A program made the translations under genes and the position numbers. Below, in pieces: positions 20,537 to 44,363 of a DNA stretch of 64,000 bases. A model generated the notes under the pieces. The model was not told where the DNA came from. It did no database searches and worked only from the letters and a program-made list of their open reading frames with translations. Each line of letters begins with the position of its first letter. Positions within the stretch are counted from its first letter, which is position 1. Source of the stretch: the human T2T-CHM13v2.0 reference genome, Homo sapiens; assembly GCF_009914755.1 (NCBI RefSeq), contig NC_060926.1. The stretch is one strand, 5' to 3'.

Positions 20537-20816
20537 CCACCCAACTCTGGCAGATTCCCAAATATAGCTCCAAGCCTTGCCAGTACTTGGCACTCAGTAA
20601 ATAACTGTTAAAAAATGAAAGTGCCATTCTTAAAAGACCACGCTAAGATTTCAGTTAAAGGATCAGCCTATTTGTTAACAAACATATGTATGTTAATTTA
20701 AGGCCAATATCCTGTAAAAGCTTTTGTTGTAGTGCTTTGATGTTTACTAATTTCCACCTACCTTGGTCAAGCTTACTTTGATACTTTTGCAATACCTGCA
20801 TTAAATCCCTTTCCTT

Positions 20817-21836
<1,020 letters not shown>

Positions 21837-22229
21837 TAGTATTCAATTTTACAGGCAGGCCACCTCTACCTATTTCACAGAAAACCAGTGTTACACAGAA
21901 CAGTGAGAACCACTGAATCAGTGGTCTTTCCTGGCTCTAGTCACACTGACTAAATACAGAAACCTAAGTCTGAGCTGTCTTCAAGGCTGTCTGTACACAG
22001 TCACCTTGTGAATTAATTCCATTCTCAAAAAGTTATACCCAATGTGGCCAAATTCTGTAAGGGTCTTTTCATTTCTGCAGTCACGACTATAGTACTGGCC
22101 CTTATATTTCTACTTAGACTAGCCCCACAGTCTAAGTGGATTCTGTTTCCAGCTTTTGCTCTGTTTAATCCATGTATCACACTGCTACCAAACTAATTTC
22201 CCTTTAATCAGTGCTTCAAAATGTTGGAT

Positions 22230-22466
22230 AATTTTGTCGGCCTCTCCCCTACTCTCTAAACATTTGGCAATATCTGGAGACATCTTTGATTGTCAGAAGT
22301 GGAATTTAGTGGGTGGAGGCCAGGGATGCAGCTAAGATATCCTAAATGCACAGGGCAACCCCCGCCCCAACACACACAGACACATACATGGGGTGAGGGG
22401 GGTATGAACAGGGAGGGAGAGGGAGAGGAGGGGGAGAGGGAGAGAGAACAAAGAATTATCTGGCCC
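22230..22466 (+). mobile_element. MER20 with internal CA- and GA-rich simple repeats
   Basis: catttggcaatatctggagacat...gtgggtggaggccagggatgc...aacaaagaattatctggccc. Confidence 0.75.
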
Positions 22467-23889
22467 TAGATTACTAGATTACTGTGTCGTCTCTGGCTAA
22501 TCTTTTAAACTCCTTGAGCATCAGTTTCCTCATCTGTATGTACTCCGTGATCAAATACCTTCCTTAAAGGCTGTTGGGAAGAGTGAGTCACTCTATGCAG
22601 AACACTGAGCTGTGTGGGCTGTGTCTGCAGACTGGACACTTCACACATCTTTAAATTGTTTCGTTGGTCTTTTCTCTCAAACAGAATTATTCTCTCACTA
22701 AAAAGGCTAGAATGGACACCGATAATGGGAAGAGAAGCTCCGAAGAAGTGGATTTCTCATGAACATCATGGTTGTTTTTCTGGCCCTGGATAAATTACAT
22801 GTCAATAACATAAGCAGGCAAGGTTGCTGACCCATGGTTACAACAAGTGCTATTAGCCCAAAAAGGAGTTTCTTAATGCTATTATCAAAAAATGCAGTAA
22901 GTAGATTTGGAAAACTGTAGGCTGATGAACCTGCTATTTGAAAAAAAGTCTACATTAAGACGGGTGTATAAGAACCCAGCATCAGAGAATCAATGGCACA
23001 CTAACCTCTTTTCTTTGACAGAACTACTAAAGCAGGGAACACTGTTGATAGTATGTATGTGGAGTGCTATGTCAAATCTGACAGGACCTTTCATGACATT
23101 CTTGTGCAAACGCAGCCTGGGTACCGTGACAATAGATTTGTAATCACTGGAATAACCGCACTGAACGTAGTGCCTAGCCCAGTGCCACCACATGGACATC
23201 TGCTCTCATTCCCATGCCCTCCTTTCTGCTGCGACTGAGGAACTGTCCTTGGACCGCCTGTGACCAAGCCTCCAGTGTTCTGGACTCAGCCTTCTTGCCT
23301 TCTGGAAGACTCTCGCAGATCACTCCCACACAATTTCAAACACACCCTACCAACTCTGTCCCACCAACCCATACTCCCACAGTTTCTGCCCATTCCTCTG
23401 CATCTCCCTCAGTCTTCAATCTTCTTGAAAGAGTTGTCCTAACAGTCCTTACTTCTTCTCAACAGTCTCTCAACTGACTACCTTTCCCATCACTTCACAA
23501 AATAGGCAAATCCAAGGTTATTTTTCTGTCCTCACTTCACTGTTAGGACCTGAACTTGCATTCAGGAAGCCAAAACAGAGCAAAAAACAGAAGTATAGGA
23601 AAAAGAATGTCTGACTTAGTAGCAGTGGAAACTGAAAACAAAAACCAAAACTAACCACATTAAGCTGAGAATGAGTCAACTAGTTGTGTGATGCATAAAG
23701 TGATGTTATCTTACATAACAGAGTATGTTCACTCTCTGTGTACTGGTCGTTATTTTACCCGGAACTTAGTTTCAAGGACATTTTGCAAAATAAGACTTAA
23801 ACTATGACTACTGCCTGAAGATACAACCTGCTGCCCTAGGGAATGGTATGTGTAGGAAGGGTTGCCTGGCAAATAGCAAGGTCTTTTTT

Positions 23890-24311
<422 letters not shown>

Positions 24312-24639
24312 TGACTCAGTCAGATGCAGGTTTTCTGACTCAGTTTAGAATATTCAGACATGATTCAAGAAAGTGAAGAAACCAGAGTGCCAACGAGCCA
24401 TCACTTTATGTTGGTGAAGGGACAACCGATCGTGGGGCGCGCTGGGGGAAGAGTTTGGATTCCTACTCACCCCTCCGACTTTGGGAAGCGGTGAATGGAA
24501 AAGAGGCCCATGATTAGGAATCATGAGATTTCCTCACCTGTTAGAACCACAAGCCTCCTTCTGTGGATTTTAACGTCTTTAGTACTCCCTTCACCTCATC
24601 GATCAAAGGCGAAGATCACATCTTGTCCGCAGACTTACC

Positions 24640-25690
24640 TCCCTCCCAACAGCGATCGGGGAGCCGCACCGAGCAAACGAGGGCTTCCCTGAAAGTTCCA
24701 ACAGCCAGAGGCCTGAGAGCCGTGCCAGGCCCGCTTCGCGGCCTGCGGTTCAGGGCCAACCCTGAAGACCCCAGCCTCGGCTGCCGCGAAGTCCCCCTCC
24801 CGTCCTCGCGCCCCGGCCTGCTCACCCGCGTGAGACATGGGCAAGGTGATGTTCCCGTAGCGCTCCTCATTGTAGAGGACGACGGCCGAGGCGTTCCTCC
24901 GCGCCGCCACCAGCACCTTGTCCTTGAAGGTGCAGCCCCCACGAGCCACCAGGGCGACCCAGGGCGCGGCCCCTCGGCCGCCGGGCTCGGGCACGAAGAA
25001 GCGCGTGTCGGGCGCGCAGCCCTCGAGGTCTCCGCCGGGCGCCCACGGGACGCCCACCAGGCCATGCGCGCCCTCCTTGGGCGAGCTGTCGCCGAAGCGG
25101 CCACTCTCCGAGACGCTCCACACCGTCAGGTTGGTCTGCGGGTCCACGTACTCGATGTTTACCACGGCCGAGAACCACTCGAGAGCCCGGCCCCGGGCCC
25201 CGGGCACGCACAGGGCCAGGGCGAGCAACGCCAGAGCCAACACGCCGCGAGCCCCGACGCCGGCTTCGCGCCGCCGCCACGCCATGGCAGCACCGCTGAG
25301 CTGACTAGGGGGAGTCAGGGTCACGCGCGAGTGCGGTGCAGTCGAAGAGCAGAGAGAAGCGGACACCCACCGCCGCCCTGGAAGACTGAGGCGGGGTCGG
25401 GGCCGCTGCGCACGCGCACCTGGCGGAGTGGACGAAGGGCGTGATCGGCCCTGGCTCCGCCCCCGTCCGACCGGCCGCGTTGTGCGCAGGCGTAAGCTCC
25501 GCGGAGCCTCGGACCGCGATCCGTCCCGGGATCTCAGGCGCCTGTGGGCCGAGGCGGGGCGCGCAGCCTGTACCACAGCTTGCGCCACGGCGGACCCTGT
25601 GGCCAGGGGCCAAGTTTGCGCAATAGGACGTCTAGCACCCCCAAAGTGAAGGGAAGTAACTCCAGAGAAACGGGAAGCTTCCCTGAAAGC
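24640..25690. promoter_or_regulatory. RNF149: CpG island / RNF149 promoter (TSS expected near 25350-25450, minus strand)
   Basis: Very high GC and CpG density; GC boxes near 25390, 25456, 25553; NRF1-type TGCGCACGCGCA 25407-25418; C/EBP palindrome TTGCGCAA 25616-25623; ETS GGAAGT 25652; no TATA box seen. Confidence 0.9.
24826..25285 (-). CDS. RNF149: RNF149 exon 1 CDS (signal peptide plus N-terminal PA domain), 460 nt
   Basis: ATG at 25285 in strong Kozak GCCATGG; MAWRRREAGVGARGVLALALLALALC...WVALVARGGCTFKDKVLVAARRNASAVVLYN matches the GRAIL/Goliath-type PA domain; donor GG|GTGAG, phase 1. Confidence 0.97.
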
Positions 25691-25792
25691 AGGTGTGGGA
25701 CCGCAGTTCTGTAAAATCGCTGAACAGATGTTTGTGGAGAGTTTATTGTGCAAGGCACATGGCAGAGGCCTTGTCTAAGTCGTTTCAAAGTT

Positions 25793-26720
<928 letters not shown>

Positions 26721-27839
26721 TGCACCACGTGTTTTTTGTTGGTCCTTAAACCCTCTCCATTTCCTCTTTGTTGCTGTCTCTGTGCTCCAAAATGCAGTCT
26801 GACCCACAACCCGTAAGTTTTCCATGAAGATGGATCTCCTCTCCTTTCCCATCAGGAAACTGAATTTTAAAAGGCCCAAAGGGCCTCAGGCTTAAATTAT
26901 CGTGGTCTATGCAGGCTGAGAACGGGTTTTAGGAACGCCTCCACCGCCACCCTTTATGCTCCAGCAAAACAAATACTGAAGTTCCCAAAAACGTGTCCTT
27001 GCAGTTTCATGTTAGGTCTTGCAAATTCATTTACTTCTTTCTCCCATGACCTGCTCCTGGCTCTTGTTCCAGCAAACACTAAGTTAGTCTTCAAGTGTTA
27101 ACTCAAAAGCTATTTTTTTGGTGAAACCCGTCTTGGGTAACTATGGGCAAACTTGGGTGCTCCTCCAGTTGTCCATGTTGCTTGTATGTATTATGTTTGT
27201 ACATTCATGCTGTACCAGCAATACTGCTTTCCAAGTTTTGGGCCTTCTTTTAATGTTGTGAACTTTGCAAGGGCTGGGATTGTGTCCTCGGTCTTTTCAT
27301 GAGCCTACCTCAACTAGCACAGTGATGTATGTGTAATTGATAATTTCTGAAATAGGCAGAATAGGTTTTTTTTGTTTTTTGTTTTTACTGTGCCAGAGTT
27401 GAGTACTCAGGATTGGTTACAGGCTTGTTGAGCAAAGTCCGGCAGGCTAATAGGAACAGACCTTGCAGCTGTTGAGCTCTTAAGTTTAGCACAGTTCCTT
27501 GGTCTTTATTTTTTATTACTAGCTCCAGGCCTCAGTTGGTTTTCCCTGATCAAAAGTTGCCACCACTACCTCAAACTTCCAGGACCTTCTTTCCCTACAC
27601 TGGCTGCCAGGGGCCACCCAGTCTCGTTAATTTCCCTTTCCCTTCCGTATTGCCCCAGAAGAAAAACTAACAAGCCTTCCCCCTCACTCTTTGGTGGGGG
27701 GAGGGAGAGAAAGGGGGCGAGAGTTGTCATTATCATTTCTTTTAATCACTTTATTGTAGAAACTTTCAGATACTTTCAAAAGTAGAGAGAACAGTATAAT
27801 GAAACGTTATGCACTTGTAACTTAGATTCAACAATGATC

Positions 27840-28371
27840 TGTAACCATAATAGGTCTATTGCCTGAAACACATGGTGAGTCAACACACTGATACACCAGA
27901 TTGCAGCAGAGAGAGGTTTAATTGTAGAGCTGCTGAACGAGGAGATGGGAGAAACCTCAAATCCATCTCCCAGAGGAGTTTGGGACTAGGGTTCGTAAGA
28001 GTTTTGGAGTGGGCTAAAGTGTGGAGATCATTGATTGGTTGAAGAGTGCAGGGTAAAATCATGGGATAGGGAGCTGAAGAAATTGTATTCTCATGATGAT
28101 TCTGTTCCTCTGTGGGGGTCTTCAGATTGGTTGGCATCATCTGTTTTACTGGAATTAGAGATCTCAAAAACATCATACACAATTCTTAAAAGCCTTCTGA
28201 CGCTAATGTTAGAAGTCCTATCAATAGGAAGAATGGGTCTACAAACAGTCAGTGTCTACTGCCACATGACTTGTGGTTACAAGGAAGTGGGTCAAAGTGC
28301 AGCCTGATTACTGCTTACCTATAACTATTTTTCTATCCAGAATTCTTGTTAACCCTGTGAAGATGGCTTCA
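27840..28371 (-). mobile_element. ERV1 solo LTR (LTR26-like)
   Basis: TG...CA ends with 4-bp TSD GATC (27836-27839, 28372-28375); subfamily recalled from TGAAGCCATCTTCACAGGGTTAACAAGAATTCTGG. Confidence 0.75.
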
Positions 28372-28447
28372 GATCAACTCACAGCTAATTTGATTTCAAG
28401 TATATACCTGGCCACTTCCTATCTCCTCCAATGGATTGCTTTGAACG

Positions 28448-28931
28448 TGTGAAATTAAATAATTCAAACTTAAAGCTGTTGGAACTTGAAAGTATTCTGA
28501 GCCTTGAGAGCGATGTCGCTGTGCAACCTGAGTCACATGGCATGCAGCTGCAACTTCTGCCTTTTTTCCTGTAAGTAATTGGAAAGGCCAAGCAGCACCA
28601 GAGATAGGACCCCCACAGATTTTTACCCCTCTTCACAGAGTAGTAAAGTAAATTAATAAATAAATCCTCCTTGGAATGTAGCAATCAAATATTTGTAGTT
28701 ATCAAATAACTATAACATATGCACTGGTCTGATATGGAAAATATTGTAATCCTGCTAAAACTTCTCTGTCTCTACCTATACAAGTAAAATCTTAACTTTC
28801 CTACTTTGGAACACTGACCCTGCTCATTTGGACTCTGTGTTTCTGGATGGCCATCCTCAAGCTTTGCACTTGAATTATAGAATTTTCTATAATTAACTAT
28901 ATGTTCTGAATCTCATGAGTTAAGGTTGACA
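28448..28931 (+). mobile_element. ERV1 solo LTR (MER4 group, LTR23/24-like)
   Basis: TGTGAAA...AGGTTGACA ends; near TSD AACG/AAGG; gctgttggaacttgaaagtattctgagccttgag motif. Confidence 0.7.
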
Positions 28932-29305
28932 AAGGAAATCCAAGATATTATATAATTTTATTTGTAAACATTTTAATGTATACCTTTAAAGCATAGGGAC
29001 TCTGTAAAAACATGAAAGCACAATATTATTATCACATTAAAAAATGTGACCACAGTTCTTTAATATCATTGAATATCCAGTCAGCACACGAATTTCCCGA
29101 TTGTCTCCTGAATGTTATTTTACATTTAGTTTGTTTGGATCAAGATTCACACATTGCATTTGGTTGAAATGTCTCTCAAGTTTCCTTTATTTATAGGTTT
29201 TTTTTCTTTTCAGTTTTTAAAGGAAGAAATTTGATGATTTGTCCTGTATAATTTCCCACATTCTGTATTTGGCTCATTACATCCTCATGCTGAACACAGT
29301 ATTAC

Positions 29306-29540
29306 CTATGAGTGTCAACGAGGGTTTCCTTCATAATACGCAAAAACAGCCTCCAATAAAGAAGCACTGTAGAGGGCAAGGCTGATATAGAATGGCACAT
29401 GTCATTCACAACCTCCAACTGAAGAATTTTGTATTCATCAAAATGGCTTGTTGTCTTATTTATTGACCTTGTAATACACGTAGTGGGGAAGATTCTCAGT
29501 CTACAGTCTCAGGTGTACAAGAATTCTCCAGTTCCGTATT
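29306..29540 (-). pseudogene. Candidate decayed exon H
   Basis: Repeat-free island with donor AG|GTAATA; fragments GEFLYT, NLPHYV, HFDEYKILQLEVVNDM; acceptor weak and next to an Alu fragment. Confidence 0.35.
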
Positions 29541-30694
29541 CTTTTGGGTGGTGGTATATTTTGTTGTTGTTTCCACTGTGTTGCCCAGGCTGGGCTGCAA
29601 TGGCTATTCACAGGTGCAATCATAGTGCACTACAGCCTCAAATTCCTGGGCTCAAGTAATCCTCCTGTCCCAGCCTCCCAAGTAGCTGGGACTACAAGCC
29701 ATCATGCCCACCTTGTTTTTAATAAAAATAAATTGATCTGTGGGATACATCCTATGATGGGTGTCTCAGTCAGTATAGGGGCCCCTCAAATGGTGGTAGC
29801 CCCCATGGGGTCCAGAGGCCAGGGCTGGGGGTTTCGGCAGGGGCTTCTGGTTAGCAGCCCCAGTTAACACATTGCCACTCCCACTGTCTATGCACTGTTT
29901 CACGGCCTGTTGTGGGTGGCATGGGGCAGGAAAAGGCTTTGCTGGGCTGGGATCCTGAGTGCCACCTCACCCGAAATTGTAACACCCCCTCGGGTGCAAC
30001 CCTGGAGCCTCACATGTACAGGGGGCTTACTCCCTCTCTTGTTTCTTCTCCCCAAAGGTGAGTGCACCCCTCCACCTCTGGAATCCTTCCTCTAACCTGA
30101 TGGTTTTCACACTTTAATGTGCATACTCATGGCCTGAAGAACTTGTTAAAAAAAGGTTGTTCAACCTCACCCCCAGAGATTCTGATTCCAGAGGTCCGGT
30201 GGGCCCATTTGTTCCCACTGCTAATGAGCTCACAGGCCCCTTAGAGGAGTCTCCTTTCTATAATACTGTCTGTGCCCTCTTCAGAGGGTGGAAGAGCCTT
30301 AGAACCGCTTTTGCTGTCCACTCTGCACACCTTCCTGGGTCAGAGGAACATCAAACCTGGCACCTGCTCGAACTGGCTGTGGGATGATATGGGAATAGAG
30401 GGGAGAACAAACAAATTAGTATTTCAAAATAAATATCACTAATTGGAAATTAGGCTCTACTAATAAAACATCACTTATCTGATTTATATGTAGACTGTAT
30501 ACATACTGGCATTTTGTTGAAATTGGGAAGAAAAAAGTTTCTAAGGAGACTTAAAACCCATTTTCCTGGACAGGGGGCCTTCATGATGACAGGGACTGTG
30601 GCTTTTAGATTTGTCTACCCAGATAAGCATAGGGTTGCATGAATGATAACTTATTGAAATATTAAATCACACATTTCACCTTCATAGAACTCAC

Positions 30695-30762
30695 CTGTGT
30701 ATGAAAAAAGACTCGGTCTTACGTAATTGCTAATAGTGGTCATTTTGGATGTTGATACTGCT
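30695..30762 (-). pseudogene. Candidate decayed exon G (68 nt, phase 0 to 2)
   Basis: ttttcactcag| SSINIQNDHY*QLRKTESFFIH CAG|GTGAGT (consensus donor); in phase with the end of exon F. Confidence 0.5.
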
Positions 30763-30816
30763 CTGAGTGAAAATTTTTCTGAATTTAGTTTTATTTTATT
30801 ATAAATTTAAAAAATT

Positions 30817-31785
<969 letters not shown>

Positions 31786-32346
31786 AAATTACAATCCTAA
31801 GGAAAACCTGGAAAGGTCTACAAAATTTTTGTTCTGTTTGGGGTAGTAGGTGTATACTCAGGGAGGGTTATAGGGTAAGGGACACTTGGAGGTACAAAGA
31901 ATGGATCTTTTCTAAGCTATTTTGGAGAGTGTGTGAAAGGCACCAGGCATGTGACCTCCCAGATGGATTGGCAGAGAGGCCCCAAAGTGGACTTCTACCG
32001 GCTTATATTCAAACCAGAAAATCTAGGGGTGCCTCCTGAGAAGCAGGAGTCTCCCCAGGCTCATCTAGGTCTCCAGTGGCCTAGATGAGTATGGCCAGGC
32101 TCTAATATGGGTCAGGAGTGCCTGCAGTCCTCTCAACTTTTTAATCTCTGTTTGAAATGAGTACTAATGGAAGAGCCTGTAAATACGGTATGAAAGCACC
32201 TAAGGGGGTAATTTGATAATGTTGCTCATTAGGCCATAAACTGGAACATTATCAAACATCCTTTCCAGGGGTTAAATCAAACTATAATCAGACCCAGGCC
32301 TGGGCAGCCCTTTACACAGTAGCCTGTTTTTTGTTTATTTGTTTAC

Positions 32347-32555
32347 ATCTTTAGTTTTCTGAACACTAGCAGCATTAAAAAAGTGAAGAAAACCAGATTC
32401 CATTGTCCACCAGTTCTCTATGATGAATTTTTCAGGAAGAAAACGTCTGCAGCCATTCCTGGGCATTCCTGCAAGTCCGTGGTGCCAATTCCAGCATCTT
32501 CCAGTGGATGTGTCAAGTAGTCTGTGATAGACTAGGTTTTTGCAGTCCAAGAGAC
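32347..32555 (-). pseudogene. Candidate decayed exon F (SAM-like)
   Basis: cttatcttgtag| SLGLQKPSLSQTT*HIHWKMLELAPRTCRNAQEWLQTF..LVDNGI/SGFLHFFNAASVQKTKD |GTAAAC. Confidence 0.6.
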
Positions 32556-32622
32556 CTACAAGATAAGCCACATATATAATTTAGAATGTTTGAGTAGCCA
32601 CATTAAAAAAAAGAACAGAGGA

Positions 32623-38180
<5,558 letters not shown>

Positions 38181-38292
38181 TAAAAAAAAGAACAGAGGAA
38201 ATTAATGTTAATAATGTATTTTATTCATCCAGATTTATGCAAAAACAGTTCAACATGTAAGGAATATAAAAAATTTGAGATCACTTACAAGG

Positions 38293-38666
<374 letters not shown>

Positions 38667-38793
38667 TAGCAACATTGCAGGTGCTTAACAGCCACATGTG
38701 GCTTATTGAACAATGCAGGGCCAGGTAAATGCAAGCAGATTTCCTAAGACATTGCTTTTGTGTTTAGCAAGAACATATTATTTGTTAATGAAC

Positions 38794-38926
38794 CCAAAAT
38801 ACGACTGTGCCTTCACGTTACACTCAAAGTCTTCAAAGATCTTTCCTGACATTTGGTGAATAATCAATCTTCTTTTTCAAATACCAAAGATCTTAATTCC
38901 CAGGAATTTTATGTACCTCATATTTT
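38794..38926 (-). pseudogene. Candidate decayed exon E (133 nt, phase 1 to 2)
   Basis: ttttaaacacag| (E)NMRYIKFLGIKIFGI*KRRLIIHQMSGKIFEDFECNVKAQSYF(G) |GTTCAT; a single TGA; in phase with exons D and F. Confidence 0.55.
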
Positions 38927-39192
38927 CTGTGTTTAAAATGTGACTCTCACAAATATTGCAGAATGGATCAAAGAAAAATTTGCCTTACTACCATTTGAAA
39001 ATTTAGCTCTAGTATATGAAAAAAAATTTACCAGATGATGAAAAATTATGGGGTTATATATTTACCAAAACATTTGTATTAACCCTTTCTTATCCTTATG
39101 GAAAAAGCAGGCTATGACGTCCTACAAATCCTATAAATACACAGATTTGTAAATGGTTTTGGAAAGCCCATAAACAGGGGCTATGGTATTAC

Positions 39193-39480
39193 CCGCAGGT
39201 ACAGGCTGCAATTTATAAGTACATTAGTACACTCCTAGCACCAGGTCGTGCAGTGAATATAGCTTGTCTTGGCAGAGCCTGTTACATAATGATAGCCCAC
39301 CACAGTGAGAAATTCTTCCATTTCCTCAAGTTTGTGGATTGCACTGCTCTCCTGGAAAGACGTAGCATATTCTTTTATACTCATACAATGAGCCACTCTC
39401 CTGAGGTTATTTCAAAGAAAAGCCAATATTACTCAACTGTACTTCATTCATCTTATATAATCAGTTGTAGCTGTAGAGCT
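39193..39480 (-). pseudogene. Candidate decayed exon D (288 nt, phase 1 to 1, SAM-like segments)
   Basis: ttttattttgtttgtag| (E)LYSYN*LYKMNEVQLSNIGFSLK/LRRVAHCMSIKEYATSFQESSAIHKLEEMEEFLTVVG/..NRLCQDKLYSLHDLVLGVY*CTYKLQPVPA |GTAATA; two compensating frameshifts. Confidence 0.6.
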
Positions 39481-39649
39481 CTACAAACAAAATAAAAAAA
39501 TTAAAGAAGACATGTGACAGACTCATCTGCCAATATTCAAAATGCAGCTATCTCCTTCCATAGTTTTCAGCTAATCCTTGGAAATATCTATTTATTAACA
39601 GGTAAATAAATGTAGCTCCCTTGTGTAGACAACTGTGTTATATTTGTCT

Positions 39650-42600
<2,951 letters not shown>

Positions 42601-42604
42601 TCGT

Positions 42605-43305
42605 CTCAACATACTCCTACCGTATGATCCGGCAATTGTGTTCTTTGGTATTTATCCAAAGATGTTGAAAACTTATGTCCACACAAAAACCTGCATATGG
42701 ATGTTTATAGCAAACAGCTTTATTAATAATTGTCAAACCTTGGAAGCAACCAAAATGTCCTTCAGCAGGTGTATGGATGAGTAAACTGTGATATATCCAG
42801 AAAATGGAATATTATGAGACTGAGCTCTTCAGTCATGAAGGGACATAGAGGCTATGTAAGTGCATGTTGCTAAATAAAAGAAACCAATCTGAAAAGACTA
42901 CTGTATTATTCCAACTATATGACATTCTTGAAAAGGCAAAATCACGGAGACAATAAAAAGGCCAGTGGTTGCCAGGGGTTAGGGAGAAGGAAGAGTAGGT
43001 GGAACACAGAGGACTTTCAGGACAGTGAAAATATTCTGTATGATACTATAGTGGTAGATACATGTCATTATACACTTGTTCAAACCCTTAGAATATATAA
43101 CACCAAGAGTGAATCCTAATGTAAACTATGGACTTTGGGTGATAATGATGTGTCAATGTGGGCTCATCAGTTGTAACAAATGTTCCACTCTGGTGGGGGA
43201 TGTTTAGTTGGGGAGGCCTGTGTCAGGGCAGAGGGGATATGGGAACTCTCTGTACCTTTTGCTCAATTTTGTTGTGAACCTAAAATAAGTCTTTAAAAAA
43301 ATCTA
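42605..43305 (+). mobile_element. L1MB/L1MC 3' end
   Basis: gttgaaaacttatgtccacacaaaaacctgc...gtaaactatggactttgggtgataatgatgtgtcaatg...gtgaacctaaa. Confidence 0.8.
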
Positions 43306-43958
43306 TTGAAAGGTACTGTTCCTAAGGCAATACGACTTAACATGTGAGCTGTGGTCTGGTGCCAGTCAATGAACCGTTTGGTACTAATCTGCCATGAGAT
43401 AAGGAGCTTGTTCCAGAATGTACATCAATCTACTGTTGACTTTATCTAAACAGCCTTGCTATAGAATTAAAAAAAAAACTTCAGCTGAATTGAACACTGT
43501 GCTTAATGATGTAGACCATACTTTGAGTATGAGGAGATGCATACCATACTGTATGAGGAGATGCAAAGAGAAATCTGACATAAGCTCATTTACAAATGAG
43601 TAGCAGAGATAAGACCTTCACTTCAGTGTGTCTTGTTATTAGGTAAATTGTAGTAAGTACCATAAGATGCTCCAAACAATAAGAGAGCTTCCAAATGGAA
43701 AAATTGGGCACTGTTTCATGGAAGTAGTGAATTTGAAGTCAACTTTGAATGATAGTTAAGATTTCAATGGGGTAGGCAGGGTGAAAAGGAAAGGCATTTG
43801 AGATAGGACACAAAATAAGGCAAGGTTTGGAAGTGGGAAAATGGGGGTTGTGTTTGAGACTAGTTAAATTTTGAATGAAAAATAGGGTATACAGGTTAAA
43901 TCAAGTAAGGCAAGGTCAGAAAGCATTTGAAGCCATACTACAAAGGACTAGGATTCTA

Positions 43959-44363
<405 letters not shown>

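Noticed and set aside
24563-25444. 293-aa antisense ORF and other overlapping ORFs over exon 1
   Set aside because: Expected stop depletion in a GC-rich CpG island; non-ATG start, low complexity, no recognisable domain
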